Shown here in pieces: positions 28,289 to 39,650 of a DNA stretch of 58,878 nucleotides. Made by a program: the position numbers and the translations under genes. The stretch lies in contig JANPEF010000094.1 in assembly GCA_031431875.1 (NCBI GenBank), positions 1 through 58,878 of the forward strand. Direction: 5' to 3'. Origin of the DNA: Candidatus Eiseniibacteriota bacterium. Lineage in GTDB: Bacteria > Eisenbacteria > RBG-16-71-46 > DASYSL01. Within the stretch, counting starts at the first letter, position 1. Each line of letters starts with the position of its first letter. Below the pieces are notes generated by a model. That model was not told the DNA's origin and searched no databases. It was given only the letters and a program-made list of their open reading frames with translations.

Positions 28289-31200
28289 TCAGGGCAGGCG
28301 CACGATCTTCCTGCGATCCGACTCCGCTCCGGCGCGCAGCAGCACGAAGTAGACGCCGGCCCCGGCAGCCCGCCCCGTCTCGTCGCGTCCGTCCCAGAGC
28401 AGGGAAGTCGCACCGGGCGGCCGCACACCCGCGAGCAGACGCCGCACGCGCACACCCCGCACGTCGAGCACGTCGAGCGTGACCTCACCCGGGCGTGCCA
28501 GCGTGAATGCGATGCGCGTCGCCCCGCCCTGTGCGGCCGACGACGGATTCGGCGTTGCGGCCTCCAGGCGCGCCACGCCGACCGCCTTGCGCGAGTCCTC
28601 CACATCGACGACCACACCGTTCGACCAGACGTCGATGTCGCCGCTCGCGTGGGCCTCGGGAGTCACCCAGCGCGATCGCTGGAAGAACGGCGAGTTCGAG
28701 ACGAGGCGGCCGCGGACGTGATAGCCGCGGCCGGGCCACGGCAGCGTGATCGTCGGGAAAAGTTCGTTTGGAAAACCGGGAGTGCCCGAATCGACGAAGC
28801 CCGTGATGTTCGTCGGCACCCCGGTGAACGGAGTGTTCTGCGTCCGCCGCTCGATGCGCACGGCCACCCTGGCCCGACCGGCAGCGCTGCGGAGGATCAT
28901 CCCTCCCGACAGCAGGTTCGGGGAGTCGAGGCGTGTGGGGTGGAAGCGGCGTGGCGACCCCACGGCATCCTCGAGCAGGCGGAGGCGGTTCGACAGCCCG
29001 CCTTTCGGTCCTGCCGGGGTGAAGAGGCATGTGCGTCCGGTCGCTCCCGGCGCTCCGACGACAAGGTCGGCGAGACCGTCGAGATCAAGATCGGCGAGCG
29101 GGGCGAACGCTGCCCCGAGTTCGGCGCCGGTGATGTGGAGCTCGACGTTCCAGTCCGGGGTGGGCGACGGGCCATCGACCCCGCCCCGGTAGACGAGGAA
29201 TCGGCCTTCATCCGTGTTGCCGTTGTCCCATCCGGGCTCGCCGATTGCGAGATCTGCGATGCCGTCCCCGGTCATGTCGCCACCGCCGGTGAACGCCTGG
29301 CCGAAGCGGCCGCCGGCCTGGGTGCCCGCCTTGCTCCAGATCACGGCGTTCGTCTGCGAGCGCCCCAGCGTGCCGGCATGGACGTAGACGCGACCGGTCG
29401 TGCCTTCGTCGGGCGCGCCAACGCCGAGGTCGCACAGACCGTCCCCGTTCACGTCACCAACGGACGCGACCGCGCTGCCGTACGATGGGCTCGACGGATT
29501 GCCCTTGAGCGCGAGACCGGGTACAGCGGCCACGCCGCCGGGGCCACCGTAGTAGACCTCGACCTTGCCGTTGGCCGGGGTCGGCGCATCGCTCGGCGTC
29601 GACGAGCCGATGACGACGTCCGAGTATCCATCGGCGTCGAGGTCGCCGAAGGCGACTCCGGCGCCCAGGCCCTGCAGCACGGCCGTCCCCTCGACCGACC
29701 AACCCGGAGCCAGCGGTGCGGCCGCGCCGCCGTAACAGAGCCATACCTTGCCGCAACCCGCCCGACCCGGGCCGCTCCAGCGTGAACTCGCGATCAGGTA
29801 ATCGTGATAGCCGTCGCCGTTCACGTCGCCACGCCCGGCGAGCGCGGTGCCGATCCACGCGAACGCCTGGTCGCCTATGAGCGCGGGCGTGCCGTTGTTC
29901 TGCGCGCCTGGGGCGCCCACGTAGAGCTCGACGTATCCCGCTTCGGAACCGGCCGCGGTCGGAAGCTGCGGCATGGACACGAGGAGGTCCGAGAAACCGT
30001 CGCGATTGACGTCGCCCGCATCGACGACGCACGTACCGAGCGCGGTGTTGGACCCCGCGTATCCGCCGCGCTCGGCGACCGGATTGGCGCCGCCCTTCCT
30101 TCCGCGATGGAACTCGAACGCGCCCCGGCCATTCAGGTGAGGCGAGCCGATGACGAGCTGGGGGAAGCTCCCGTTGTCGTGTTGCGGCAGGATGGCGAGC
30201 GAAGACCCGGCGCGCGAGCCCACCTCGTTGGCGTCCTTCGGCCATCCGGTGGCGAAGGACAACGGGCGGGGGTTGAGCGTGATCAGGAATGCACTCCCGA
30301 ACTGCGCCGCATTCAGTCCACCGCCGAGCGGATCGCCGATCAGGATCTCCGAGAAGCCGTCACCGTTCACGTCGCCCGACGCGGCCACGGACGAGCCGAA
30401 AGTCCTCGAGAGCTCCGGATCCCCCATGATCACGCCCAGGGTGAAACCCCCGTCCGGGTCCCCCCGGAACACGTGGACGCGACCCGGGCCCCCGGGCGGC
30501 AAGAAGTCCGGGACCCCGACCGCGACGTCCGAGTAGCCGTCGGCATCGAGATCGCCCACCGTGGCCACGCTCGTTCCCGCCCGGCAACCGGGGGCACCTC
30601 CGCCGATCATGAACTGGCTCGAGTAGAGGCCCGAGGGTCCGCCGAACCAGAGGTCCGCGCGACCGCCCTGCACGACCCCATCGTCATAGCCAGGCTGTCC
30701 GATGATCACGTCGGCGTAGCCGTCTCCGGTGTAGTCGCCGGCCGTCGCGACGGCGGTGCCGCAGCGGGCCTCGCTCCGGGTGCCGACGAGAATCGTGTCC
30801 GCGACCGCGAGCACGCCGCCGGCCGATCCGAAGAACAGCCACGCCGCGCCGTTGTTCGTCAGCCCACCGCTGCTGCGGTACGGTGCACCGATCAGGATGT
30901 CGTCGAACCCGTCCGCATTGACGTCGCCGGCCGTCGCCACACCAAGGCCGAAGCCGGCATTTCCCTGGTCGCCCAGCAGCGTGCGCGCGGGGGTGGCAGC
31001 GAGCCCGGCCGGGCCGCCCAGGTGAACATAGACCGCTCCGCGATTGGCCAGAACCCCGTCCGAGTAGCCGGATGCGCCGATGATCGCGTCGGAATAGCCG
31101 TCCCCATTGACGTCGCCGGCGGTCGCCACCTGACCATAGAAGCGGAGGACGGCCGGAGACGGGCCGGTCAGTTCGTACGTCGGCGTGGCGGGCAATCCCG

Positions 31201-31663
31201 ACGGACTCCCGTGGAAAACGGCGACCTTGCCGGAGGCCACCAGGTTCGGCGCGGTCCAGGTTTCAACACCGACCAGGACGTCGAAGTATCCATCGGCGTT
31301 GACGTCGCCGGCCGACGCGATCGAGCCGCCGGTGCCGGCCTCCTGCTGATTCGCGCGCCAGGTCCACACGGGGACCAGCGAGAGGCCCTGCGCCGAGCCC
31401 AGGTAGAGGAAGACGCGCCCCTCGTTGGGGAATGCAACGGAATCGTTCTGGGCGCTGACCAGGACGTCGCCGAACCCGTCGCCGTTGACATCGCCGGCAG
31501 GAACGACGTTCCCACCGTACTGCGAGCCGAGACGTGGTCCGACCGTCGTCCAGGCCGTGGCGAAGCCACTGACGTCAGCGTTGATCCGGGGGTCCGGGGT
31601 CGGTGCGAGCGGCGTGCCGGTCCCGAGCAGCGTGGCGATGGCGATGACGCTTCGGATGTCCAT
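28289..31663 (-). CDS. FG-GAP/integrin-alpha-like repeat protein (14 repeats) with C-terminal FlgD-Ig-like domain
   Basis: GGGAGGGG RBS; 14 GD.(N/D).DG..D...G.P units (one degenerate); C-terminal PNPS...LDVRGVRVRRL...WDGRDETG...GVYF. Confidence 0.9.
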   Translation of the reverse strand: MDIRSVIAIATLLGTGTPLAPTPDPRINADVSGFATAWTTVGPRLGSQYGGNVVPAGDVNGDGFGDVLVSAQNDSVAFPNEGRVFLYLGSAQGLSLVPVWTWRANQQEAGTGGSIASAGDVNADGYFDVLVGVETWTAPNLVASGKVAVFHGSPSGLPATPTYELTGPSPAVLRFYGQVATAGDVNGDGYSDAIIGASGYSDGVLANRGAVYVHLGGPAGLAATPARTLLGDQGNAGFGLGVATAGDVNADGFDDILIGAPYRSSGGLTNNGAAWLFFGSAGGVLAVADTILVGTRSEARCGTAVATAGDYTGDGYADVIIGQPGYDDGVVQGGRADLWFGGPSGLYSSQFMIGGGAPGCRAGTSVATVGDLDADGYSDVAVGVPDFLPPGGPGRVHVFRGDPDGGFTLGVIMGDPELSRTFGSSVAASGDVNGDGFSEILIGDPLGGGLNAAQFGSAFLITLNPRPLSFATGWPKDANEVGSRAGSSLAILPQHDNGSFPQLVIGSPHLNGRGAFEFHRGRKGGANPVAERGGYAGSNTALGTCVVDAGDVNRDGFSDLLVSMPQLPTAAGSEAGYVELYVGAPGAQNNGTPALIGDQAFAWIGTALAGRGDVNGDGYHDYLIASSRWSGPGRAGCGKVWLCYGGAAAPLAPGWSVEGTAVLQGLGAGVAFGDLDADGYSDVVIGSSTPSDAPTPANGKVEVYYGGPGGVAAVPGLALKGNPSSPSYGSAVASVGDVNGDGLCDLGVGAPDEGTTGRVYVHAGTLGRSQTNAVIWSKAGTQAGGRFGQAFTGGGDMTGDGIADLAIGEPGWDNGNTDEGRFLVYRGGVDGPSPTPDWNVELHITGAELGAAFAPLADLDLDGLADLVVGAPGATGRTCLFTPAGPKGGLSNRLRLLEDAVGSPRRFHPTRLDSPNLLSGGMILRSAAGRARVAVRIERRTQNTPFTGVPTNITGFVDSGTPGFPNELFPTITLPWPGRGYHVRGRLVSNSPFFQRSRWVTPEAHASGDIDVWSNGVVVDVEDSRKAVGVARLEAATPNPSSAAQGGATRIAFTLARPGEVTLDVLDVRGVRVRRLLAGVRPPGATSLLWDGRDETGRAAGAGVYFVLLRAGAESDRRKIVRLP

Positions 31664-31804
31664 GGCCCCTCCCGGCTGGTGCGACGCCAAGTCGATTGCT
31701 CGAGGGAAGCAACATCGTGCAATGGGCGCCAAGTCTAGCATTCCCTGCAATCCGCCCCCAGCGCGGTCTTTTCAGCATCTTGACCCGCCCGACCGGCGGT
31801 TGCG

Positions 31805-31834
31805 TTGCCCCGCGCGGAACGCGGATGCTAGGCT
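31805..31834 (+). promoter_or_regulatory. putative promoter of the moxR operon
   Basis: TTGCCC, N18, TAGGCT with TG extension. Confidence 0.5.
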
Positions 31835-31935
31835 GCTTGCCACGACAGCGACGGCAGCACCGCGACGGCCCGCCCGAGGCCGGCGCGGGTTTTCGTGTTT
31901 CGAGGCGCAGTGCCCGGACCGACCGCGGAGGCGGC

Positions 31936-32940
<1,005 letters not shown>

Positions 32941-32947
32941 GCCTCGC

Positions 32948-33859
32948 GTGGCCGCTTCCACCGCAGGCGCGCGCGGCGGGCTCGACCCGCGGATCGTCTC
33001 CCGGCTCGGTCGCCTCGACCTGGTCGCCAGGCTGGTCGTCGAGGGCTTCATCTCGGGCCTGCACAAGAGCCCGTTCCACGGGTTCTCGGTCGAGTTCGTC
33101 GAGCACCGCCAGTACATGCCGGGCGACCCGCTGCGCTCGATCGACTGGAAGGTGCTGGCCAAGTCCGATCGCGTGTACGTCAAGCAGTACGAGGACGAGA
33201 CGAACCTGCGTGCGCACCTGGTCGTCGACCACTCGGCGTCGATGAATTTCTGCTCGACGCCCGGCGGGATGACCAAGCTCGAGTACGCGCGGACGCTGGC
33301 GGCGGCGCTGACCTACCTGATGCTCGGCCAGCAGGACGCGGTCGGGCTCCTCACCTTCGCCGAGAAGATCGAGACCTACATCCCGGCGCGCGCGAAACGA
33401 TCTCATCTCGAGGTCGTGCTCGCCGAGCTGGCGCGTCTGGCGCCCGGCGGCAAGACCGCGCTCGCCGAGTCGCTGCACCATCTCGCCGAGCGGATCAGGA
33501 GTCGCGGGCTCGTGCTGTTGTTCTCGGACCTCATGGCGCCACCCGACGCCGTGCTGTCGGGCCTTGCGCACTTCCGGCACCGCCAGCACGAGGTCATCGT
33601 CTTCCACATCCTCGACCCGGCGGAGCGCTCGTTCGACTTCAGCGAGCCCGGCACCTTCGTCGACCAGGAGACCGGCGAGGAAGTGGCGCTCGAGCCGTGG
33701 GAGGTGCGCGGGCAATACAAGGCCCGCATGCAGGCGTGGATCGAGCGCTACAAGACCGAGTGCCGCCGGGCCCGCATCGACTACGTGACGCTCGACACGG
33801 CCACGCCCTACGACGAGGCGCTGTTCGCCTACCTGGAGAAGCGTCGCCGCCTTCACTAG
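32948..33859 (+). CDS. DUF58 domain protein
   Basis: G.HKSPFHG.SVEF.EHR.Y.PGD..R.IDWK, D.SASM, SD; follows moxR. Confidence 0.9.
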   Translation: MAASTAGARGGLDPRIVSRLGRLDLVARLVVEGFISGLHKSPFHGFSVEFVEHRQYMPGDPLRSIDWKVLAKSDRVYVKQYEDETNLRAHLVVDHSASMNFCSTPGGMTKLEYARTLAAALTYLMLGQQDAVGLLTFAEKIETYIPARAKRSHLEVVLAELARLAPGGKTALAESLHHLAERIRSRGLVLLFSDLMAPPDAVLSGLAHFRHRQHEVIVFHILDPAERSFDFSEPGTFVDQETGEEVALEPWEVRGQYKARMQAWIERYKTECRRARIDYVTLDTATPYDEALFAYLEKRRRLH

Positions 33860-33875
33860 GCGCGCGCCCGGGCCG

Positions 33876-36050
33876 ATGACCTTCCTCAATCCGCTCTACC
33901 TGTTCGGGCTCTTCGCGGCCGGCATTCCCGTCGTCATCCACCTGCTGACGCGGCGGCGACCGAAGCGCATTCCGTTCTCGTCGGTCGAGTTCCTCCGCGA
34001 GGTCAACGTGGCGCAGCTGCGCCGCTTCCGCCTGCGTGAGTTCCTGCTGCTGGCGCTGCGCACGCTCGCCATCGCGCTGCTGGCGCTGGCGCTGTCGAAG
34101 CCGGCGCTCAAGGGCGCGGTCGGTCCGGGCGCGGGGCAGGCCAACTCGACCGTCGTGCTGCTGATCGATCGCTCGGCGTCGATGGGCGCGACCGAGGGCA
34201 AGGAGACGCTGGCCGCCCGTGCGCAGGCGCGCGCGCGCGCGGTGCTCGCGTCGCTCGACACCGGTGACGAGGTGCAGGTGATCGCCTTCGACGCCGAGCC
34301 CGCGGTCCTGTTCCCGCAGCCGTCGCCGGATCTCGCACGAGCAGGGGCGGCGGTGGCGTCGATCGAGGCCCGCCCGTTCACCACCGATCTCGATGCGGCC
34401 GTCGCGCGGGGACTCGCCGTGCTGCGCCAGAGCGCGCGCGTCAACAAGGAGCTGTACGTGATCTCGGACCTGCAGCGCGCGGGATTACCCGGCGCAGCCG
34501 GCCAGCTGGGCGCAACCCCCGCACCATCCCTCGGGACGACGGTCGCGGCCGACTCGGGCTCCACGCTCGGAGCGGCGCCGTCGGGCCTGCGCTTCTACGT
34601 GCTGCCGCTGGCGGGAGCTTTGCGCCCTGAAAACCTGGCGCTGACGGGTGCCCGCCTCCGCGGCGCCTCCGGCGCCGCTTCGGGATATGTGCAGGCGCAG
34701 GCCGGACCGGCCGCCGGCCTCGACGACGGCGCGGCGGTCGACGTCACCGTGCAGGCGTTCGGCGGTGCGGGCGGATCGGGCGGGGAAGTTGCCGTCGGCG
34801 TGCGCAGCGTGGGCCCCGGCGGCCGCGAACTCGGCCGGGCGTTCGTGCCGCTGGGCGCGGGCGAGGGGCGCGCACTCGTGCCGCTGTCGACGCGCCCGAC
34901 GGGTGGCGGCGAGGCGTTCCTGCCCGAGGATGCGCTCGAGCTCGACAACCATCGCTGGTTCGCGGGCGGCCCCGGCGGCCGCACGCGCGTGGGCCTGGTC
35001 GAGGGTGCCAGCCGCGGCACCTCGCCGCTGGCGCTCGCGCTGGCCGCCGGCCAGGAAGCCGGTCGCGTCGACGTCGTGCGCCTGGAGAGCGGTGCGTTGA
35101 CGCCCGGTGCGCTCGCCGGCTTCGAGGTACTGGTGCTCGACGACGTCGCGGAACTCGGCGAGAACGCGCTGGCCGCGGTCGTCGACCACGCGCGCGGCGG
35201 CGGGGGCGTGGCGATCGTGCTGGGTCCGCGCGCCCGACCGGCGTTCTACGGCGCGCGACTGTTCCCGGCGCTGGGCGGGCTGCGCATGGGCGACGCGCCG
35301 CGCACGGCCGGCACCGGCGCGTGGACCCTGCGCCTGGCCGCGCCCGGGCACCCCGCGCTCGAGGGCTTCGCGGGCCGCTCGGGCGACCCGATCTCGCAGG
35401 CCGCGTTCCGCCAGGCGTGGCCGCTGCTGCCGGGCCCGTCGACGCGGGTGCTCGCGCGCTTCGCGCCCGACTTGCCGGCGCTGGTCGAGGACGGACGCCT
35501 GCTCGTGTTCGCCAGCGACGTCGAGGGCGCGTGGAACGACTTCCCGACGCGCGGCGCATTCCTGCCGCTGTGGATCCAGTCGCTCGCCGCGCTCGCGCAG
35601 GGCGCGGCCAGCGACGACCTGCGTCCGGGCCAGCGCTTCACCGCCGCGGTCCCGGTCGGCGCGCAGGCGGCCGACCTGCGCTTCGTCGATCCGGCCGGCC
35701 GGGCGATCCCGCTCGAGCAATCGCTGGCCGAGGGCCGGCGTCGCCTGGTGTCGCCGCCGCTCACGCAGGTGGGGCTCCATCGCCTGGGCATGTCCGGCCG
35801 GCCATTGCGCGAAGTGGCGGTCAACCTCGACCCGCGCGAGTCGGATCTCGCGCGCATGTCGCCCGCCGATGCGCGCGCGCGCTGGGCCGCGTACCGGCCG
35901 ATCGTGCTCGAAGGCGACGCCGACCTCGAACGGCGCATCCGCGAGGGCCGCTTCGGCCGCGAACTCGCCGGCCTGCTGCTGCTGCTCGCGTTCCTCTGCC
36001 TCGTCGCCGAGTCCGCGGTCGGGCGCCTGATGACGCCCTCGCGCGCATGA
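33876..36050 (+). CDS. BatA N-terminal plus vWA domain membrane protein
   Basis: MTFLNP..L.GL....IP..IHL, DRSASM MIDAS, ISD.Q, VN.D..ESDL, C-terminal TM. Confidence 0.85.
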   Translation: MTFLNPLYLFGLFAAGIPVVIHLLTRRRPKRIPFSSVEFLREVNVAQLRRFRLREFLLLALRTLAIALLALALSKPALKGAVGPGAGQANSTVVLLIDRSASMGATEGKETLAARAQARARAVLASLDTGDEVQVIAFDAEPAVLFPQPSPDLARAGAAVASIEARPFTTDLDAAVARGLAVLRQSARVNKELYVISDLQRAGLPGAAGQLGATPAPSLGTTVAADSGSTLGAAPSGLRFYVLPLAGALRPENLALTGARLRGASGAASGYVQAQAGPAAGLDDGAAVDVTVQAFGGAGGSGGEVAVGVRSVGPGGRELGRAFVPLGAGEGRALVPLSTRPTGGGEAFLPEDALELDNHRWFAGGPGGRTRVGLVEGASRGTSPLALALAAGQEAGRVDVVRLESGALTPGALAGFEVLVLDDVAELGENALAAVVDHARGGGGVAIVLGPRARPAFYGARLFPALGGLRMGDAPRTAGTGAWTLRLAAPGHPALEGFAGRSGDPISQAAFRQAWPLLPGPSTRVLARFAPDLPALVEDGRLLVFASDVEGAWNDFPTRGAFLPLWIQSLAALAQGAASDDLRPGQRFTAAVPVGAQAADLRFVDPAGRAIPLEQSLAEGRRRLVSPPLTQVGLHRLGMSGRPLREVAVNLDPRESDLARMSPADARARWAAYRPIVLEGDADLERRIREGRFGRELAGLLLLLAFLCLVAESAVGRLMTPSRA

Positions 36051-39000
36051 CCGCTCTCGCCGACCCCGCTGCCTCGACGGCGTCGCGCGGGCGCGGCGGG
36101 GACGCCGCGCAGGTTCCCGCGACGCACGAGGCGCTGCTCGCCGCCGCCCGCCGCCTGCCCGCCTTCGGTGCCCTCGCCCACGACCTGGGCGAGGCGGGCA
36201 CGCACGTCGGCGTGCGCGGGCTGGCCGCGTCGTCCGATGCGTGGCTGGTCGCCGCGCTGTGGAAGGTGCACGGGGGCACGTTCGTCTGGATCGCGACCGA
36301 CGGCGAGCGCGCCGACGCGTTGCGCGAAGACCTCGAGTACTTCCTGGGGAAGACGCACGTGCTGCCGTTCCCCGAGCCCGAGACGCTGCCGTACGACGGC
36401 ACGTCGCCGCACCCCGCGATCACCGCGCAGCGGCTCGAGACACTCGCCGATCTCGCCGCCGGCACGCCGGGCGTGGTCGTCACGACGGTGCGCGCGCTGG
36501 CCCAGAGGGTGCTCTCCCCGGCGCGGCTCGTCGCGGCGGAACTCGTGCTCAATGTCGGCACGGAGGTCGATCGCGACGGCCTGCTCGCCCGCCTGGTCGG
36601 GCTCGGTTATGAGCGCGTGCCGATCGTCAGCGCGCTCGGCCAGTTCTCGGTGCGCGGCGGACTGGTCGACCTCTTCTCGCTGGGCGCCGAGGATCCGTGG
36701 CGCCTCGAGTTCGACGGCGACACGCTCGTGTCGCTACGCCGCTTCGATCCCTTGACCCAGCGCTCGATCGAGTCGCTGCCCGCGGCGACCGTGCTGCCGC
36801 GCTACGAGATCGCGCTCACCCCGGGCGAGGCCGCGCAAGTGCTCGCGCGCCTCGCCGAGGCCGGCGATCGCGCCGCCGCCGCCGCGGCGCGCGAGGGCCG
36901 CGACCTCGAGCGCATGACCAGCGAGCTGTTCTTCGAGGGCATGGAGCGCGTCGCCGGGCACTACGGGCAGGACCTGGGCTCGCCGTGGGCGTACGTGCCG
37001 GACGGCGCGGTCGTCATCAGCGACGACCCCGAGCGCCTGCGCGAGCGCGGCGAGAAGCTCGACGCCGAGGTGGCCGAGCGCCATGCCACGGCGCTCGCGC
37101 ATTTTCCGCTCGTCTCCCCGCCCGCCGAGTTGTTCGACACGTGGGATGCGGCGCGCGCCGGCATCGGCACGCGCGCGCGGCTCGACCTGCTGGGACCGGT
37201 CGCGCGCAAGAAGGGCGCGGCGGCCGATCCGGCGACGGTCTTCGACATCGGGACCGCACCGCAGCCGGCATTCACGCGCAACCTGGATCTCGTGCGCGGC
37301 TTCCTCGCCGACCTGCACGGCAAGGGCCAGACGATCCACATCCTGTGCGACAACACGGGCCAGCGCGACCGGCTCGACGAGCTGCTGGGCGCGAGCGCGG
37401 CCCGGCTCGACGTCGGCCTGCTGGCGCACGGCTTCACCTGTTCGGCGGCAAACCTTGCCGTGCTCACCGACCACGAGATCTTCGAGCGTTACCGCCGCCG
37501 CGTGCGCCGGAGGAAGCGCACGGGTGGCTGTCGCTGGCCGAACTCAACGCGATGGATCCCGGCGACTACGTGGTGCACGACGAGCACGGCATCGGCCGCT
37601 ACCGCGGGCTCCGGCGCCTGACCATGAACGGTCAGGAGACCGACTGCCTCGAGATCGAGTACGGCGCGGGCGACAAGCTGTTCGTGCCGGTGAACCAGCT
37701 CCACCTCGTCGCCAAGTGGTCGGCCGAAGAGGGCTCGCGCCCCGCGGTGCATCGCCTCGGCTCGTCGTCGTGGGCGAAGACCAAGGCCAAGGCGAAAGCC
37801 GCCATCCAGGAGATGGCCGGCGAACTGCTGCGCACCTACGCCTTGCGCAAGGCGATGCCCGGCCACGCCTACGCGCCCGACACGGTATGGCAGCGCGAGC
37901 TCGAGGCCGCGTTCATCTACGAGGAGACACCGCACCAGCTGCGTGCCATCGCCGAGGTGAAGGCCGACATGGAGGCGCCGCGGCCGATGGATCGCCTGGT
38001 CTGTGGCGACGTCGGCTACGGCAAGACCGAGGTCGCGATCCGCGCCGCGTTCAAGGCGGTGATGGACCACCGCCAGGTGGCCGTGCTGGTGCCGACGACG
38101 ATCCTCGCCCAGCAGCACTTCGACACGTTCCGCGAGCGGCTCGCCGACTTCCCGGTGAAGCTCGAGCTGCTGTCGCGCTTCCGCTCGCCGAAGCAGATCA
38201 AGGAGGCGGTGGCGAAGCTGGCGATCGGCGAGGTCGACATCCTGATCGGCACGCACCGGCTGCTGTCGAAGGACGTCCAGTTCAAGGACCTGGGGCTGAT
38301 CATCATCGACGAGGAACAGCGCTTCGGCGTGGCGCACAAGGAACGCCTGCGCAAGATGCGGACGCAGGTCGACGTGCTCACGCTGACGGCGACGCCGATC
38401 CCGCGCACGCTCAACTTCTCGCTGGCCGGCGCGCGCGACATGTCGCTGATCGAGACCGCGCCACGCGACCGGCTGCCCGTGCACACCGAGATCGTCGAGT
38501 ACGGCGAGGACGTGATCGCCGACGCGCTGATGCGCGAGCTCGATCGCGGCGGCCAGGCGTTCTTCGTCCACAACCGCGTCGAGTCGATCACCACCGTGGC
38601 CGCCATGCTCGAGCGCCTGGTGCCGCAGATGCGCTTCGGCGTGGCCCACGGGCAGATGCGCGAGCACGAACTGGAGCGCGTCATGTTCGCGTTCCTCAAT
38701 CGCGAGCTGGACTGCCTCGTCTCGACGATGATCATCGAGTCCGGGCTCGACATCCCGACGGTGAACACGCTGATCGTCAACGGCGCGCACAACTTCGGCC
38801 TGGCGCAGCTCTACCAGTTGCGCGGGCGCGTGGGCCGCTCGAACCACCGGGCCTACGCGACGCTGCTCGTGCCCGAGGGACGCGTGCTGTCCGAGGACGC
38901 GGAGAAGCGCCTCAAGGTGATCGAGTCGTTCGAGGAGCTGGGGGCGGGGCTCAAGATCGCGCTCAAGGACATGGAGATCCGCGGCGCGGGGAACCTGCTC

Positions 39001-39573
39001 GGCCCCGAGCAGAGCGGGTTCATCCTGGGGCTCGGCTTCGACCTGTATGTGAAGCTGCTCGAGGAGACGATTGCCGACTTGAAGGGCGTGCCGCTCGAGG
39101 AGCGCAGCGAGCCGCGACTGGTCACCGACTGGCCGGCGTTCCTGCCCGACGACTACGTGCCCGATTCCGAGGAGAAGCTCGAGCTGTATCGCCGCCTCGC
39201 GATCGCCTCGCGGCTCGATGTCGTCGATGCCATCGAGGCCGAGGTCGCCGACCGCTTCGGCCGCCCGCCGCTGCCAGCCCAGCACCTGCTCGAGCTGCGG
39301 CGCATCCGCCTGCTCGGCGGGGAAGCGAAGGCGTCGGAAATCCGCCTCGACCACGGGAAGCTCGAGGTCTGGCTCTACCGCCCCCTGACCCCGAAGCAGG
39401 CGCACCTCGTCCTCACGAAGTCGGGCGAGCCGCTGGAGTTCCTCTCGGGCAGGGAGATGGGGGTCCGGCTGCGGGGCAGCGGGAAGGATGTGAAGGACCC
39501 CGAGGCCTTCCTCGGGCGGGCCCGAAAGCTGTTGCAGCACCTGGTGGAAGCTGGTAGCTTCGCCACTAAGTGA
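36047..39573 (+). pseudogene. mfd: transcription-repair coupling factor Mfd, interrupted by a 1-nt frameshift at about 37526-37528 (may be a sequencing error)
   Basis: N-half (ETLPYD, GQFSVRGGLVD) in ORF 35321..37621; C-half (GDYVVH..HGIGRY, CGDVGYGKTE, DEEQRFG, QLRGRVGR) in ORF 36697..39573. Confidence 0.9.
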
Positions 39574-39650
39574 TGAAACCAAAGCAACTTGGCCGTTTCG
39601 GTCCCCACCCGCCCGCCACCCGTCCCGCCTGGTCTCGAGGAGTCGTCCGG

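Noticed and set aside
37500..37545. Programmed ribosomal frameshift in mfd
   Set aside because: No X-XXY-YYZ slippery site is present, and I know of no precedent for mfd.
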